Shown: in pieces, positions 50,528-63,760 of the stretch | Numbering within the stretch: the first letter of the stretch is position 1 | Layout of the letters: every line of letters starts with the position of its first letter | Source of the DNA: Catajapyx aquilonaris | Lineage: Eukaryota | Length of the DNA: 64,000 bases | Assembly (NCBI GenBank): GCA_000934665.2 | Contig: KZ538296.1 | Location: 1 to 64,000, forward strand | Reading direction: 5' to 3' | The notes under the pieces: model-generated | What the model was told of the DNA's origin: nothing | Seen by the model: only the letters and a program-made list of their open reading frames with translations | Database searches by the model: none | Position numbers and translations under genes: made by a program

Positions 50528-50830
50528 ATGTAGATGTGCAGGATGAAGGAGCAGCTGCGCCGCTAGCATCTGCTGACAGCAGCAGTAGCCCGCCAGAATG
50601 TGCAATTTGCCTGCAACAGTGTGTCCATCCAATCCAGCTGCCCTGCTCTCATATTTTTTGCTTTTTGTGTGCCAAGGGAGCTGCTATCCAGCACCCTCGT
50701 TGTGCCATGTGCCGCCGAGATTTCCCACGGGGACTGTTAGATAAGCCCAAGCTCCTGCGTCATCAGGGCACCTGTACCAGTTTGGATGAGCATAATGAGT
50801 TCATGTGGTTCTATGAGGGCCGAAGTGGAG
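50528..50830 (+). CDS. RNF146: E3 ubiquitin ligase RNF146 (Iduna), RING exon plus start of WWE
   Basis: ECAICLQQCVHPIQLPCSHIFCFLCAKG...CAMCR C3HC4 RING followed by WFYEGRSG. Confidence 0.93.
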
Positions 50831-50974
50831 GTTAGTTGCTCACCCATTTTTCTGCTGTTTATTATTTTTTGGGAATGGAAATAAGCAACAGAGATTTCTC
50901 TGTTCATAAGAGGGCAACACAGAATGCTTTTTCCAGCAATAAGGAAATGTGTCATACTCTATAGTCTATACAGG

Positions 50975-51330
50975 CAGGGTGTAGGCTGTAATTTGGGACA
51001 GACTTCTAGGGTGTGTAGGGGATGCCCAGAGAAGCAATTTGAGATTGGACACTCATGGTCAGAAACCCATCCCTACGGAGCCTCCGAAGCCCATTGTCAT
51101 CCCATTGTTGTAACAATCCATTATTGTTGTGTTTTCCATTGTGCTCATTGTTCAGATTTTATAAACAATTATATCCAACAATTGAAATATTGTTACAATA
51201 ATGGACCTTCGAGGCTTTCTAGCTCCGTAGGGATGGGTTTCCGTCCATGAGTGTCCAATCTCAAATTGCATCTCTAGGCATCCCCTACACATCCTAGAAG
51301 TCTGTCCCAAATTACAACCTACACCCTGTA
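50975..51330. mobile_element. Tc1/mariner-type MITE
   Basis: CAGGGTGTAGGCTGTAATTTGGGACAGAC ... GTCTGTCCCAAATTACAACCTACACCCTG|TA. Confidence 0.8.
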
Positions 51331-52051
51331 TAATCATACTATCATGAGCAAAAGGTAGGCACATTGTAATTAGAAGTTCTATCCCAAGGTGAGTCAGTAA
51401 AAAAAAATGTTGCTGGTGTTCTGGCGTGCTATATGGATGCTACTAATGATGATTTGTGAGTAATAATAATCAGTAACTACAATTTTCACACATCAGGAAC
51501 TTTGCACAATAACCTCCAGCAACTAACAGCAAAGGCTACTAGGAGTCACCAACCAGGTTCTGGTATGACTTACTACACCTCCTACATCCTTCACTGTTAT
51601 TTGTATCCCTTGGACAGATCAACCAAATATTATGGGGAGAGAGATTAGTGGTGGTGGATCAAGTAATTATGCAAAAGTTCTTATCATATGCCATATGTCA
51701 TTGTATGTGCCTATCTGTGGCTTGTGACAGTACAAATTACTTTTGTTATGTTGATGAGGGAAGCTCCAAAGTGACCTGCAGCTTGAAAGGAAACCTTCCA
51801 AAAATTCAAGTCACGGGGTTAGTCAAGATCAATTATTGCAAATGTTTCTTTGTGGCATGAGGAGATAATTTGCAGTTTTCACTGCCTATCCTAATGGAGA
51901 GAAATAAGGTTTACCAGAGGTTTCATTCTATTGGTCATGTGAGATGGCCAGGTGTAACCTGGTCATCACTGGCTACCCCTTTATGGGATTAATGGATGCA
52001 CTTGTGTATCATTTCATTGTTGCAGATTTTTTTTGTGCAAATGGTGTAAGA

Positions 52052-53198
52052 TACAGGGAGGCGCCGGTAAATTAGGACACATTTTGCAGTCTAACAGTAC
52101 AAAGACAATAATATGTAGATTACTGTAATTGAAGACCTCAGGAGAAAAAACGATCAAGGTCCACCTCAGGTGAAACTGAAATAATCCCATTTTAAATTTC
52201 GAAGGCCCATAAAGCTCCATTGTAAATCCCACTTTCGGGGCCATCCATAGTGACCTATGATCATTACTCCACAACAACGACTAAACCATCATATTCTACA
52301 CTAGTGAAAGTATCTTCTGAGATATGTAACTCATTTTTGACACAAAGTGGACCTTGATGGTTCTTCCCCTGAGGACTTCAATTGGTACAGCAACAAGCTG
52401 TGTCTCTTGGGTTTACAAAAACTGCCATGGTCAACGTTGTGAACTTCACCATGACCAGCGAATAGGACGAGAGCTGTGACTATCGTGGCTGTCTGTGCCC
52501 AAAAGACCCCCAAGGAGATAGTGGAGTTCCTCAAGCTCCCAAAAGAGCCTAATTTATTGAGTGAAAAAGAACTATGATGCTGCCAAGAACCAGGAGTTCT
52601 TTCCTTACACAAAATATATGCCCATTGCTGCATCACCAAGAGAGGCAAGGCGTTTATCATCACAGTTGTCGAGAAGATTGAAGAAGGCGAGGACCCTGGC
52701 AAGTCCATATGCGTCCTGGCCAAAGAGAATTGTGTGCACTAAGTGTGCACCACAAGATCATCTCCAAGATGGTGAAAGAAGACTTGGGATGAAGTCCTAT
52801 TCTTGAGGACTGGCCGTCTCCTGGCAGATGCCACACAGAAGAGCCCTAAGGTACCACTGGGGGTCGGACTTGTGGCCTGCAGCTTCCCAATCTGCAACCT
52901 CCTTGATTACTACATGTGTGGCGTGGTTGAGAGAGGGGTTGACAGGGTCCAGAACAATACATGGGAGCTTGTCAAGATCGCCGTTGCCGAGCTGATGGGG
53001 CACATGGAAAAGGATATCCTTGCCAAAGCTTGTGAACTCTTCAGGTCTCTCCTAGAGGCTGTTGGGGCCAAAATGTAAAGTGTAGATACAGTACTTATGT
53101 TTGACATAATTCATTTCATTATAATCATCCATTCCTCTTTTTTAATGACGTTTCTATCTACTTATTCATTTGTCCTCATTTATCGGCACCACCCTGTA
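52052..53198 (+). mobile_element. Degenerate Tc1/mariner transposon with transposase remnant
   Basis: TA|CAGGG...CCCTG|TA TIRs. NLLDYYMCGVVE...ILAKACELFRSLLEAV resembles the C-terminal part of Tc1/mariner transposases. Confidence 0.75.
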
Positions 53199-53949
53199 AA
53201 GGGCTTCCACTTCCCTCATGTATGTGTACAAGGTGAAGGGAAACTCTCGCCCAATCGCCAGGTAGACTGATAGTACTCGCAAAACTAATTTAGGGATGTG
53301 CAATTAGGTTTGGGTGCCATTGCATAGTTAATGAGTACGGTGCCTTTAAAGTTTTGTGACGTAACATCCACTCCTCCAGTTGCAAAGAAGCAAAAGTCAG
53401 CTCGAGGGCCTCCAAATAATCTGGCCTTGGTCCCCTAACACATCGTCCATGTGCAATAGGTGATCAAATCCTGTCCGAGTCAGAACCCGGGTACAACACC
53501 CGTGCACGTGTCCTTTTTACCTCATTTTAGCATCCGGTCCTCTAAACTTAAAAGGCGCTGTATGCGTTAACTAAGCAACGGAGCCAAAAACTACTTGCAC
53601 ATCCCGATATTAGTTTTACGAGTACTACCAGTCTGCCTGGCGATTGTCCGCGAGTTTCCCTTCACCCTGTATAGGGAAATTTGGCAACCATTTGACCATA
53701 TTCAAAGTGATCTGATCATGAAATTGCAGCCCTTTTGCTCCACTTCTGCACCTCTTCCCACCCAAGATTTCATAAATGGCCTACACATGAGGAAACATTT
53801 ACAGGAAATTTTGATTTACCTGCAACTTGAATTTGTGGAATGTCTCTTGTGAGTGATACAGGAGATAAGACTTGGATAAGACACTAAAGACTGCCGGCAC
53901 CATGGCAATTACGTAAATAATTACAGATTAATAGATGTTATTCATAATT

Positions 53950-54303
53950 ATAATAATTGGGTTTTAGTGCATCGCCCTTGCTGGGCATCTGGAACAGTAC
54001 CTTTATTTTTGCTTTTTAGATGTACGTACAAGCTTTTGGTCCTTTTTTGTAACACCTGGGTACCACGAGCGAGGGGGGATGAGTGGGGTGGGATGTGCAA
54101 TGTGCAGTGCAGTAATGTTGTTTTGGTCATTTTTGTGAATTCCCCCGGGTGGTTAGTCTAGCAGAAATCCCACCCGAGATGAAGCTGGAGATGACCCCTA
54201 ACTCGGCACGAGATGAAGGGGGGAATGCCCAGGCTTGATATCGAACCCAGGACCCTTACATCCGTGGGCACATACAGTACCACAGTGCCACTCCGTCTCC
54301 CCA
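53950..54303 (-). mobile_element. SINE family B
   Basis: TSD AATAGATGTTATTCAT; homologous to 17705-18050. Confidence 0.75.
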
Positions 54304-54886
54304 ATAGATGTTATTCATTGTGTACTATTTCTTGCTAGAAATGAATAACATCCATTCATTCTGAGATTCCTAATGTATCCAACCTGGTGCAACCAGCCCT
54401 TAGATAAGCAAAACTCAATGTCAGTTATTCTTGTAGCATAATGAGTGGGGGCTGACTTTGTGACAAGTGAATATTTATCTTGCACCACAGTTACTTTTTG
54501 AATCAATATATTGTGGTCAGAAGCACCACATACCCAGTCATCTACAGCGGCCAGTTTCTGTTATGCTGCATGCTGTGAAAATAGTCGTGGTTGCGATATT
54601 TGAAATACTAATTTGTCACAAAGTCACGCCCCGGCTTACGGTATTACTGAATGTTGACTTTTAAAGAACAACCAACTTGCGAAGATAAATTGTATACTAC
54701 TTCATCTCATAAATAATTCAAAAATAAAGCCAAAGTACTTACTGGCAAAGTTACTAATGCTCTCAGTGCTGGATATCAGTTTATATCAAAATCCAGGCAA
54801 AATCTAAAGCAGTCATGTGAAAGATCGCGCCTATACACCTACTCGTGCACACACAAGTAAATGACAAGCCTCATGCTGCGTTATAG

Positions 54887-55098
54887 GTTGGTGGCAATAC
54901 GAAGAGCGCGTGAGTGAGGAGATAGAGCACAGCTACCAGGAGGGAAGGGAGAGAAACGAACTCATCATCTGCGGGGCGGTTTATGTGGTGGATTTGATTG
55001 GCATGAGGCAGTTCAGAAAGGATGCTCCCCAATTCAAGAGGAAGATCAAGAGAGACCACTGTGATGCTCACAGCAAGGGTGTTGCTGGACTACACTGA
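54887..55098 (+). CDS. RNF146: RNF146 terminal exon A (WWE C-terminal part, proximal copy)
   Basis: ttatag|GT TGG TGG; GWWQYEER...YVVDLIGMRQFRK...RKIKRD...KGVAGLH*; phase 1. Confidence 0.8.
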
Positions 55099-55655
55099 GT
55101 TCCTTGCTAAATTTTTTCTCGTTTTTGTTATGCACTTGATGCTTGCTAAGTCCTGTAATACGGCACTTCTTCAAATGTAATTGTGAGGAGAGAGCCATTT
55201 CCAAATCCAATAAGATTAATTTGCAAAGCCAAGTGTAGGGAATGCCATTCCTGTAAAAAAATGATTCTAAAATCAGTACCAATAAATTCATTTATATCGT
55301 TCCATTTTATATTGCTTATTTTTTTGCTTGTTTTTGGTCATATTACCTCTAGAAACAAGAGGTAGTAACCTGTTGAATAGCTAGATTTTCCACGCTGGAC
55401 AACAAATTGTTGAAGAACAAGACTAGTGTTAGACAGACATTTAGTTCGCGAAGCAGTATGAAGATATTGTTGTAGACCCACACAACCACAAATGTTGATT
55501 TTATAAGGAAGCAAACTAACAAGATACAAGAGGTGAGAAATTAATAGGTAAAGGAGAGGAGGGATAAATTTTGGGTACCTCAAAACAAATATTATGGGCA
55601 TTTTTGTTACATTCAACGACATGCAAGATTAACTAACTTTAATTGTGCCTGGCAG

Positions 55656-55975
55656 GTTGGTGGCAGTATGAAGAACGCAGCAGCAAGGAGCTAGAACGAA
55701 GGTTTGTGAATGGAGAGCGCAGTTGTGAAGTATTACTGGCTGGAAGACTGTATGTGGTGGACTTTGGCACCATGACCCAATCTCGCAAAGGTGAACCATT
55801 GCTGCAGCGCCGCATCAAGAGGGATTTGGCCTGCATTCCATGCAAGGGAATTGCTGGAATTCGCCGTTCACAACAGACTCGGAAAGAAGGGGGCTGTCCC
55901 TCTGAAGTCACTGAGGCCATGCAGAACCTGAACTTTGGCTCAGGAAGGAGTAATAGCTCTAGTGCAGGACAATAA
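55656..55975 (+). CDS. RNF146: RNF146 terminal exon B (WWE C-terminal part, distal copy)
   Basis: ggcag|GT TGG TGG; GWWQYEER...LYVVDFGTMTQSRK...RRIKRD...KGIAGIR; phase 1. Confidence 0.9.
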
Positions 55976-56030
55976 TTTGGTTTATGCACTGGCCTTATTC
56001 TCAGCACTTACGTGTTACCTGTGTTATGGC

Positions 56031-57050
56031 TTAACCCCTTCGCTACCAGATAGGCCCGAACCACGTAGATTTTGGCTTAAGCGTACTCTGAAGATACTGA
56101 CAAAATATTTTACAAATAATAACAGCTGTACTTACCACGTTCAGGGAAAACACTATGAATGTGTCTGGAACAATTTTACTCATCTAGAAAGCCCTAAATT
56201 AATGTCCAAAAACATGCTATAAACACTGGAAATCCGAGTATTGCCGACCAACCGTTACGCTGATTTAATTATGAAATGCTTGATAATATGCGGAATAACA
56301 ACCTTGAGAACCATGCCAGACGGATTTGCTGAACTTATTTTACTTTGGTAGATATAAATTAATTCTTATTTGTGGCTTTCACTGAAGCAGGTTGGTGTAG
56401 GGGATAAGGAGCCCGCCTGCTAATTGGGAGGTCCTGGGTTCGAATCCCGGGGCCGGCGACCCTGATCATGGTTTTCTGTGGTTATCCATGGTCCCCTCCA
56501 GGACAATTCCGGGGTCGTTTCCGTAAAAAATAGGCCACAGCCGCTTCCTTCCTTTCCTATCCCTGGTCCCATCCAATGATGGTAATCCACCCCCCTAAGG
56601 GAGCCAAAGGCTCTAGCATGGGGTATGATAAATAATAATTATTTGTGGCTTTCTGGCACTTCGGAAAATCGCAAATAAATTTGAGAGTTTTCGAAAGTGC
56701 CAGAAAGCCGCAAATAAGTATTAATTTATTTCTCGCAAAGTACGACGAGTTCAGCAAATTCATCTGGCATTGGTTCTCAAAGTTGTTATTCTGCATATTT
56801 TCACTCATTTCATAATTAAATCAGCCTAACAGTTGGTCGGTAGTACGCGGATTTCCAGTTTTTATAGCCTTTTTTTTTGGAAATTAATTTAGGGACTTCT
56901 AGACGAGTAAAATATATTGTTCCAGACACATTCATGGTGTTTTCCCTGAACGTGGTAAGTATAGCTGTTATTATTTGTAAAATATCTTGTCCGTATCTTC
57001 GGAGTATGCTTAAGCCAAAATCTACATGGTTCGGGCCTATCTGGTAGCAA
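56031..57050. mobile_element. piggyBac-like foldback containing SINE family C (56384-56635)
   Basis: TTAA|CCCCTTCGCTACCAGATAGGCCCGAA ... TTCGGGCCTATCTGGTAGC; ~350 bp inverted arms. Confidence 0.75.
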
Positions 57051-57674
57051 TATTCTGCAGGTACCAATGGTACTGCAGAACTTGTGCACCAGTGAACCCA
57101 TTCACCGTCACTACTGAACAGGCATGCAGTGTTTATCTACCTCCCTGCTTATTTGCTAACTGAAAATAAGGCTGGGTTGAAAATTTAATTATCATGGCAA
57201 GTTGTATTGCATCCTGATCAAGATATGCCTGTCATTGTAGGTGTGAGGTATAGTGAAAAAGTGCACATGTATCTGTTAACACTAAGGATGTAAGAGTATG
57301 GCAATGTTCTTGTGCTAGTGGCAGAGTAGTAACCAAAATTGAGACACCATTTGCAACTGCCACAAGCAATCACTTTCTACGTATTTAGCCACTTTCCAGT
57401 GAACTAACTGCATTTTGTAATAAGGTACAGTAGAGTACCTTATTTGAAAGTGAATCAGAGTAGGGCGAGTTCTTTGTCCTTCTGCTAAGTCTCTTGTACC
57501 AGAGTGCTTCTGCCGGTGAGGATTCTTCCATAAACAGTTGTAAGGGTTACTCTGGTTGCTAGTTCTTGGCAGGTTCCGATAACTTGAGGAGTAAGATGAA
57601 AAAAACACCTTTATGTGGCACTAGGAGGATGCACAAAAGTGTGAACAAGCATTCTTTTGCTTTCTGCAATTGTA

Positions 57675-58182
57675 TTAACCCTTTCATTCCCACCGTTGCC
57701 AATTAATCTGGCGGCAAAGCGTTCGCATGCAGAAGGCAAACTTTGTGGGTCAAACTTCCTGTGCCATCTAGTGGATGGTGACTCAGCACCCACAAAGTCG
57801 GATTGTTATATTTTGCTCGCGCCCTTGAAAGGTAAACAACCCCCCACCCGGCCGCGTAATTACAGGGTGTCCCATAAGTCTGGACTCTTAGGAATTTCTC
57901 ATAGTGCAGTGTTTTAGTATTATTTTGCAACCATCGTAACAATTTTATAGTGATTTTAAAATTTTAAATTAATTTAATTGCATTTAAAGTTAATTGCATT
58001 TAATTTTTTTTTCTGGAACACCCAGTAGGGGAATGTTTTCGGCATTTTTACATTCCAAAGGACCACCACGAGTAAAAATGATAAATATTGAAGAATATTG
58101 TTTTTCATTATATCACTCTTACTACAAATTTTTTTCAAAAAGAGAAGAAACGGCCCAAAAAATTCAGGAATGAAAGGGTTAA
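57675..58182. mobile_element. piggyBac-like MITE with nested mariner-type MITE
   Basis: TTAA|CCCTTTCATTCC ... GGAATGAAAGGG|TTAA; inner TACAGGGTG at 57861. Confidence 0.7.
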
Positions 58183-58839
58183 CAATCTTCCAAGTCTGAA
58201 ACAAGAAAATACATTCCTAAATTTATTCAGCTGATTATAATTCTGATAAAAGAGTTGCAAAATTGCACAATTTTTCTGTATTCATGTTAGACATTGAATC
58301 GTGACTATGACAGATCCTGGATACTGCAGAAACTTGTCCATTATGAAGCATTTGTTCAGTCCCAGTGCAAGATTTTCAATATATTTGTGTCACATGTAAT
58401 GGAAACCTGTACAACCTGTGGAGCATAACGACTCCATTGTAGACAGATTTTTCTGCAGAGGGGGCCTAATGTATGTTTTACGTATGGTCTTGTTTAAATG
58501 TGATGTGAGATCTAATCAGTACTAAAATGTGCCCTGTGTATTGTCACACTCATGTCCAAGGTCAAGTCCAGTAAACAAGTGATAATGTTGATATTTAATG
58601 ATGTCAGTTTCTTCATATGAAATTCTTTGAAAGACTGCTGTGGTTACCATTTATGTCCTGCTGAAGCTGTATTTTTTCTGTGTATAAAGGTGGAAACTAA
58701 TACACGCATTTTTTAATCTCAGGCAAGCTGATACACTCAAGCAGAAATTATTTCAGTGGCTGTAGAGATAAGTGTCACAGGCATCATGTTGTGGTCTGAC
58801 TTCCCATCCACCAATTGACAAGCTGTCTGAAGTTATAAG

Positions 58840-59768
58840 TAGGGGAGACCGGGGCTAGATGGCACACTTTTTACATTTCATTTTTTTCTGAGGCCAGTTA
58901 AAGGACTTATTCACTGTCATTTTTATACTGATAAATACTTGAGACATTTGAGCATATATATGATATTTTCACATGTTTGCATTTTAAATGTGATATCCAC
59001 TAGAAATTATTTAAAAAGCCTCTGCACGCGTGCCATCGTGCCCCTTGCCCGGGCCATGATGGCGCAAGGCATGGGGCACGTTGGCACAGTGATATAAGGC
59101 TAAGGTAGGGCTTATGAAATAATATGAAAATCACTTCCACACACATTATCGATTCATACTCATATAGTTACAAGTGATTACCAAGATGTAACAAGATATT
59201 CAGAACTTTTTGCCTGCAGGATAACATAGCGTGTCCTCCAGCTAAGGAGCAAGTAGCCGGAAACTGGGAAAAGTGCACGGGCCCGGCTTAATAAGTGACG
59301 GAGGAGAGTCACTAGACCGCACTAGACTAACTAGAGGCTGCCATGCTCTTCCATAATCGCCATGGTCCACCAAGGTTGGTAGGGACATGTGTCAATGAGC
59401 CCCAAACATAATGTGCCATCATGCCCTGTAGGCATTTAAAAACTTTTCTAGTCCTCCTGCTCTTGAGTGACAAATATTAAATGGCCATTTATGCTGTCAT
59501 TTTGTAGGTAGATATTCTGCCTTGCAAACACTTTATTGGGCTGGGTGATCTAGCACTTGCATTGGAAGAAAAAAAAGACTAATGAGAAATTGAAATTTAC
59601 TCAAATGGTCAAAAATCGGTACTGCCGCCAACAGCCTTTTGCGATTGAATTGAAAATAGGATGTAATGTGGATTGTGTGTATCTGCACCTACCACATAAG
59701 CATCATGTCCGTGAACCTAATAGTCTCTTCAAAAATTTGACTGGGCCATTGTGCCCCAGTCTCCCCTA
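58840..59768. mobile_element. TA-flanked MITE (pogo-like)
   Basis: TA|GGGGAGACCGGGGC ... GCCCCAGTCTCCCC|TA. Confidence 0.7.
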
Positions 59769-61299
59769 CTATACAAGTCTGCAATTACTTGCAATTACTG
59801 CATTACTTAGCAGGAAAAGAAACTTTAGATCTGACAAAAATAAAACTTATTTGGGCTGCTGGTAAAACACCTACAACCAAACGTAATAGTGTTCAATCAC
59901 AGGAGATACTACATTGTGGCATATAAAGCATTACTTCTGCCCAAAGAACTATCTTCCTTGCTAGTTATGAAGCCTGTTAAAACTATAAAACCAGCCCCAC
60001 TTTGGTACAGGATATTGTTGAGAAATTGAGCTTCTACAGTATCTGTATCTGTCAAAATGTCACCGACTCGCCTGCATCAAGTTGGTATCCTGTGCCTGTC
60101 AAATTTTAGGCAGTCAGAAGAACCAAAACCACATTCCCTACATGCAACTCCCCTCACTGCCACATGTCTGCACCCCTTCAATATGACAACAGGACCTGGG
60201 GAGGTGAGCTAAGTTCTGAAACACTTGGCATAAATTGAACTTCCCAGGGGTTTGTGTTTCATGCCAAAAATTTATTTAATCAGAAACCAAGATGTGTACA
60301 TAAAGAATGCTCCAACAATTTCAAACACACTCTATCACACTGTTTTCACATTCATTTCATATAATTTTAAAAGTCCAAACAAAGTATTCAAAAAATAAAT
60401 ACATAAATAAAGTAAAACATCTGCAGCTATTGCTCCTTGGTGTTAGACAACCATGCACTCTGGAGAGGTGGACACTTGAGTCATACATATATATACCATA
60501 AAAAATTTAATTAGGATAAATGTCAGCCGTAGTTGTGATAAAAGGTTGACTAAGTATGGCTCGGAGTGAAATTGATGTTTAAATTCTTCGCATATCATAA
60601 ATCAAAGCTTAAGAATTGGTCATATGAACACAAATGAGGTAAAATCTCTGATTATGTAAAGCAATAATTGTGTAGCAAGATTTTTTTTTTAAGGGGAGGG
60701 GAGGTGCTCCCTAGCTTTTGCCACTGATATATAGATATTCAGAATACATCATCCAACATAATCAGAGGTTTACTCCTTAATTTGAGGTGATGCAACTGGC
60801 CCTTATTGTTGTGCCTAATTAGAGCATTGACACAAAGTTGTAAACAGCATTCTTTCATATTCTTCCTAGCATGTACTCCTTTGTGTCACACTTGCAGCCA
60901 TTGAAATGAAAATCACATATTGCAATAATTATTGGACTTTCTAACTTTACATAAATGTGGTGATATTTAAATAGTCACCTGACTGATTTTCTCTCTCATT
61001 TAGATAATCTATTACGTAGGAAATGACTTGTATCCCTGGGGCAAAGAATACCGGAGGTTTGGAAATACTGTGCATAATACTTGCTTGACACACATTTATG
61101 GGAAAATAACACATGTGCACCTTTATTGCCTGTTTTATAGCTAAAATTATGTCACATTGATCTTAAAGCTTTTTCACAAATTCAGTGAACTGTGGGTGGG
61201 GCAGAAACAGCTAGGGTGAACATAGTGGATGAGGCAGCAGCGCCAAAGTAGATGTGGTGGGAAAAAGGGAATTGAATGGTCCCACAAATTCTACATTTT

Positions 61300-63665
61300 A
61301 AAAGTACGGGTCTTGCAGGTGTTTTAAGATTTTAAGCTCCTGCAGATGTGATGGAGCTACATTTATAGACAAAAGGATGCTTTCAACCTTACTTGTGGGT
61401 GACAAAGGAATACAAACTTTCCAGTCTCTTCTTTCTTAACCAACTGCTGCTTACATATCTTGGTGGCTTCAATCTTGCTCCCATTTTCATTTGCTTCGTC
61501 CAAAAGGTCGTACCCTAGTGAATGATCACTGCTTGCAGGGTCACTGTGCCATTGTTGAACTGGCTGCCACTAACTTTTCACTTCCTACATACCCCACCTC
61601 CATGGCGCTGAATTTGTGAAACAGCCTATACACTGCATTCCTGGATGGCATGTCACATTGGGGAGAAGACAAGTGGTTGGCCAGGTAGGCAGGGGCTAGG
61701 ATGCATCGAGACTGTTGATCACATAGCTCTAATCTGAGATGCTGGCTCTCTATATCATGACTGAGAGGTAGGTAACATCAGGTGAGAATAAATTACACTG
61801 CATTTTTTCCTGCTCCAGACCAAATTCTGACTTCATAATAAATAGTGTGTCTGGCCTATATGGGATACCTTGCCTGCCCAGCACATGACAAGTCAAATTC
61901 CAAACACCCTCACATCTTATAGTATGGAGCTCTGAAGAAGTGACATGTTTGAAGAGAGTTTAAAAAAGGTGCAAACTGAAATACATTAAGAATGATGCTC
62001 CACCTGCCTCACTTATTCACTGTGATTGACAAATACCTTTGCTAACAAGGCAGCCAGCTGATTCCTTGAAACAGTTTGCTGCTCTGGACTTGCAATAAAA
62101 CTACATGAGGCAACTAAAAAGTCATTGCAAATATTTAAACAGTATTTAACAAACTGCAGCAGTTTGTCATGAGCTGGAATTCAGAGAGTATGTAATACAA
62201 ATCATTGCACAGCATAGTTCATGTTACACAACAGCATCTGTCTGGTATCAGCAGTCTCACAAGCTCAGCATGGCAGTGCACACAGGTACGTGACTCAGTA
62301 TTCTTGCCTGGCTAGTAATATGTCATCATATCGAGGGTTGTCCAACAATTATTGGCAACATTGCTGCAATTTGCGTATCACTATGGGTACACACTTGTAA
62401 ATTTCACATTCCCTCGAAGTAGTCCCCAGCCATATTTATCACATTTTTCCAATTCCCTGGAAGTCTTCACACAATATCAGCAGCGTTGTGTGGAGGTGTC
62501 ATCCAGAGACTGCCCTAAGGCATGTTTCCCTTGTATGGAAACAAAAGCAGTGTAGGGGATCCTTCATTTTAGGGAGCAGATCGGAGTCACATAGACTCAT
62601 GTCAGGTGAATAGGGGGCATGTTCCAACAACTTCCATTACCATTTCTGAAGAAGTTGCCAACAGCAATGACCACCGCCAGATTTCCCACTAGACAGAGTA
62701 GGCAATTGCCTATGGGTGGCTGCCCTCTGGGGGCGGCCGCAAGCTGTACTATAGCTTTTTAAAAATAAAGAGAGAAAAAAAAAGAAAAAAGCGAGAACAC
62801 AGGAGAAAAATTGATTTTTTTAAGCGACAAATGGGGAGGGGGGGAATCCGGTGCTGCACATGACAGTGAGCTTTGTTGTATGGAAGACAATGGGTCCCCT
62901 CTGCAGCAAATTCTTCCTCTTCCAGTGAATTGCTGGGAGATGATGTTGCAATTATGATATTGATTTCAATTTCCCTTGCCAATTCTGTGCAGGTCCATTC
63001 CCGGTCTGTATCTGATGGGGTACACCCTAAGCACACTGCTCCACACACTGCTGTGACTGCTTGGTGAATGGCACTGGGGGGTTTCCCAGGGTTGACTCAC
63101 AATGTGCCTATCCATGTCTAGTCCAGGCTGGAAGGATTGCCAAGTGGTAACGCTGTTGCCAATAATGGTTGGACTACCCTCGTATTTAAACAACAGGAGC
63201 CAGATGACGGCAAGAGGTAGTAGGGAGGTGGGGGAGGGGGTTGTAACTGAAACTGACACGTGGGGATTCATGGAGAACAAAAGATGCAGATCACAAACCT
63301 CTCCAGCGTGATTATAAAGTGAGTCCTGGCTACAGCTCTGCCGCAAACAGAAAGAAAAAATTTGCAGTGACTTTTCACACCCCTCATATCACAAAAAATG
63401 ACTCGTGCATTTGCACTCAACAGTGTTTGGAACATTAGCACACAGCACGAATTCCTAGCCATGCATAACCACTAAGAGTGCCATATATGAACGCTTGTAG
63501 ATACAACCACCGTCCCCAAGAAGTGAATGCTAGTGGCATGGACACAGCCAAAAAGAACAGAAAGCTGCCAGCTGTGTGCCTCAAGCTCAAAGCACGCTCC
63601 AAGCCACGACGCACTGCTGTCTCCCGCACTGAAGCTTTCTCTGAATAGAAGTCTCTCACCACCCT
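61300..63665 (-). CDS. Putative unidentified multi-exon protein-coding gene (3' part)
   Basis: Phase-consistent exon candidates 62173-62037, 61975-61914 and 61760-~61598 give HDKLLQFVKYCLNIC...LAK|FAPFLNSLQTCHFFRAPYYKI|HDIESQHLRLELCDQQSRCILAPAYLAN. Further candidates at 63340-63101 and ~63663-63510. Confidence 0.4.
62330..62660 (-). mobile_element. mariner transposon remnant
   Basis: GDYFEG-like mariner transposase C-terminus at ~62428-62410; CGAGGG-type terminus at ~62332. Confidence 0.5.
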
Positions 63666-63720
63666 GTCAGGAAATGTTTTAATTAGCAATTGAGCTGCCC
63701 CAGGGAAACTGTTTAAAAAA

Positions 63721-63723
63721 TAT

Positions 63724-63754
<31 letters not shown>

Positions 63755-63760
63755 TATTTA
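63721..63760. repeat. (ATTT)n microsatellite
   Basis: Seen directly. Confidence 0.9.
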
